NCBI RefSeq assembly: GCF_039555335.1
Contig: NC_092646.1
Location: 58,138,946-58,202,945 of the forward strand
Length of the DNA stretch: 64,000 bases
Direction: 5' to 3'
DNA from: Amphiura filiformis
Lineage: Eukaryota
The position numbers were made by a program, and so were the translations under genes. Within the stretch, counting starts at the first letter, position 1. Every line of letters starts with the position of its first letter. This document shows positions 62,637 through 64,000 of the stretch, in pieces. The notes below the pieces were generated by a model. It ran no database searches. It was not told the DNA's origin and saw only the letters and a program-made list of their open reading frames with translations.

Positions 62637-62812
62637 GCGAGAATTGAAATCCATCCACCCCTGTGGAAGACATGACCTTAATCTCCCACACAATGGGTGT
62701 AGATTTCAAATGGAGTCACCCATTCAGGTAATCCCATTTGAAATTCACACGCCCTGTGTGGAAGATTAGGATGTGTCTTCCACAGGGGTGTGTTGATTTC
62801 AACTGGAATATC
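62637..62812. mobile_element. Family-D MITE, copy D13, abutting the fold-back element.
   Basis: Consensus match. Confidence 0.75.
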
Positions 62813-63299
62813 CCATTCAAGGCAATAAGTTCCTCTTCCCATACTTCAAACAATGTCCTATTGTTATGATGTAAATTGATTCCTCTCTGGGTACAGGTGG
62901 AAATACATCAGTGCACGATGGAGTGTATAAAAGTTTGTCCTGGTTGGCAAAGAACTACGGTCCAAAAAGAGACGATTGAAAATTAAATTTCATTCTTTCT
63001 GCCCCTATTATACTGCAAAATATGTGTCCAAGAGGGTAGTCGGACACCACCCCAGGTTTCAACAATGCTACACTCCATAAAACTGCTGCAGCTGCATGTT
63101 TCCATAAAAGGAATGAACTATAATTGATGAAATCCAAATATTCCAGAGTAAACCACCATCAAGATAACTAGCTGCAGTATGCTACTTTCATGGTGTGTTG
63201 CTTTTAGCAGAAAAATATAGATGGGCCAAAACTTGATTGTCTTAAATTCACAATATTTGCAGCATGCTGAATGAATTCACAGGGTGGTGTGGCCGAGTC

Positions 63300-63570
63300 C
63301 TTGAGGACAGACTTTGGAAAATACTGTCAGGAGGATTAAGGGGCTAAGGATTGATCCCTGTGGAACTGCAATTTGTAAAATGCTACAATTGAACTTAAGC
63401 TAGAAGATAAAGGAAATCACTCTTGGAAAAACACTATATATTTGAGGCTTATTGTGGAAATCCTACTAGGAAGATTGGGGCCAAGTTTGAATCCTTGGGG
63501 TACACCTTATAAAATCCTATCAGGAGGTTGGGGCCAAGGCTAGATCCTCGAGGAATCACACATGAAAATA
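63300..63570. repeat. Tandem array of ~50-bp units ([a/t]cctatcaggagg[a/t]ttggggccaag[g/t]...gatcc.tgggg). A related single unit lies at 61960-62020.
   Basis: Four units read directly; 61965-62015 matches 63315-63365. Confidence 0.6.
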
Positions 63571-64000
63571 TTACAGGTAGCTTGTTGAAAAACAAGAAGA
63601 CACACACTTACACCTCTACGGTATAGATATATTTTTTATACAATATTTCATCATATATTATTCTATCTCTGATATACTGTAATAGTGCATTTCATAATAT
63701 AATATCTATGTAGACATCACTTGGCTGGCCGGATTGGAGACACGTTTTGGAATTGATCTATTCAGTGCATGGGATGAATGGATGGATGGAATGGAACCAT
63801 GTTTGGTTGAATTCGCATCGTCGTTAATGGCTGCGATCCAATGCATCTAGGTACTTGGTCGGAATCAGATACGGAATCAGTTTGTGCCTGGACAGAGCAA
63901 AAAAAAAACAGGAAGAAAATGAAAATTTATTAAGGAGGAAGTCCTGCCAGAGCTGGGGTGAACCAAATCTGCCTGGATATCAAATTAATCAGTGAAAAGG

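Overview
Eukaryotic genomic DNA, not prokaryotic. It is AT-rich (about 60% AT) and has spliceosomal introns, SINE/MITE/Tc1/Penelope-type repeats, microsatellites and a satellite array. The gene content (SRCR and calcium-binding EGF exons) and repeat types suggest a marine invertebrate deuterostome, possibly an echinoderm; this is a weak inference and I cannot confirm it. More than half of the window is interspersed or tandem repeat. Bases 1-1378 are a satellite with a ~108-bp monomer and a 216-bp higher-order repeat. Bases 42-63 kb hold at least 13 copies of one ~170-bp palindromic MITE family. The only protein-coding signal I can defend is a set of phase-compatible plus-strand exons consistent with one mosaic secreted-protein gene. 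It has a signal-peptide exon (~4824-4974), an SRCR-domain exon (6407-6701), two duplicated cbEGF exons (28347-28454, 32504-32632), an internal exon (35420-35671) and a terminal exon (36966-37934). The terminal exon is split by a 376-bp MITE with a perfect 9-bp target-site duplication, and a candidate poly(A) signal sits at 38007. Other notable elements are a Tc1-like DNA transposon with intact TIRs and TA flanks but a broken transposase (12765-14297), a Penelope-like GIY-YIG endonuclease fragment (28997-29404, minus strand) and a TTAA-flanked non-autonomous element nested inside a MITE (50479-51147). There is also a ~700-bp minisatellite built from consensus DR1 nuclear-receptor motifs with a shorter inverted arm (9775-10785). 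I found no CRISPR arrays, no rRNA genes, no bona fide tRNA genes and no prokaryotic-style operons. Most ORFs in the supplied track are artefacts of translating repeats, and the track evidently allows non-ATG starts.
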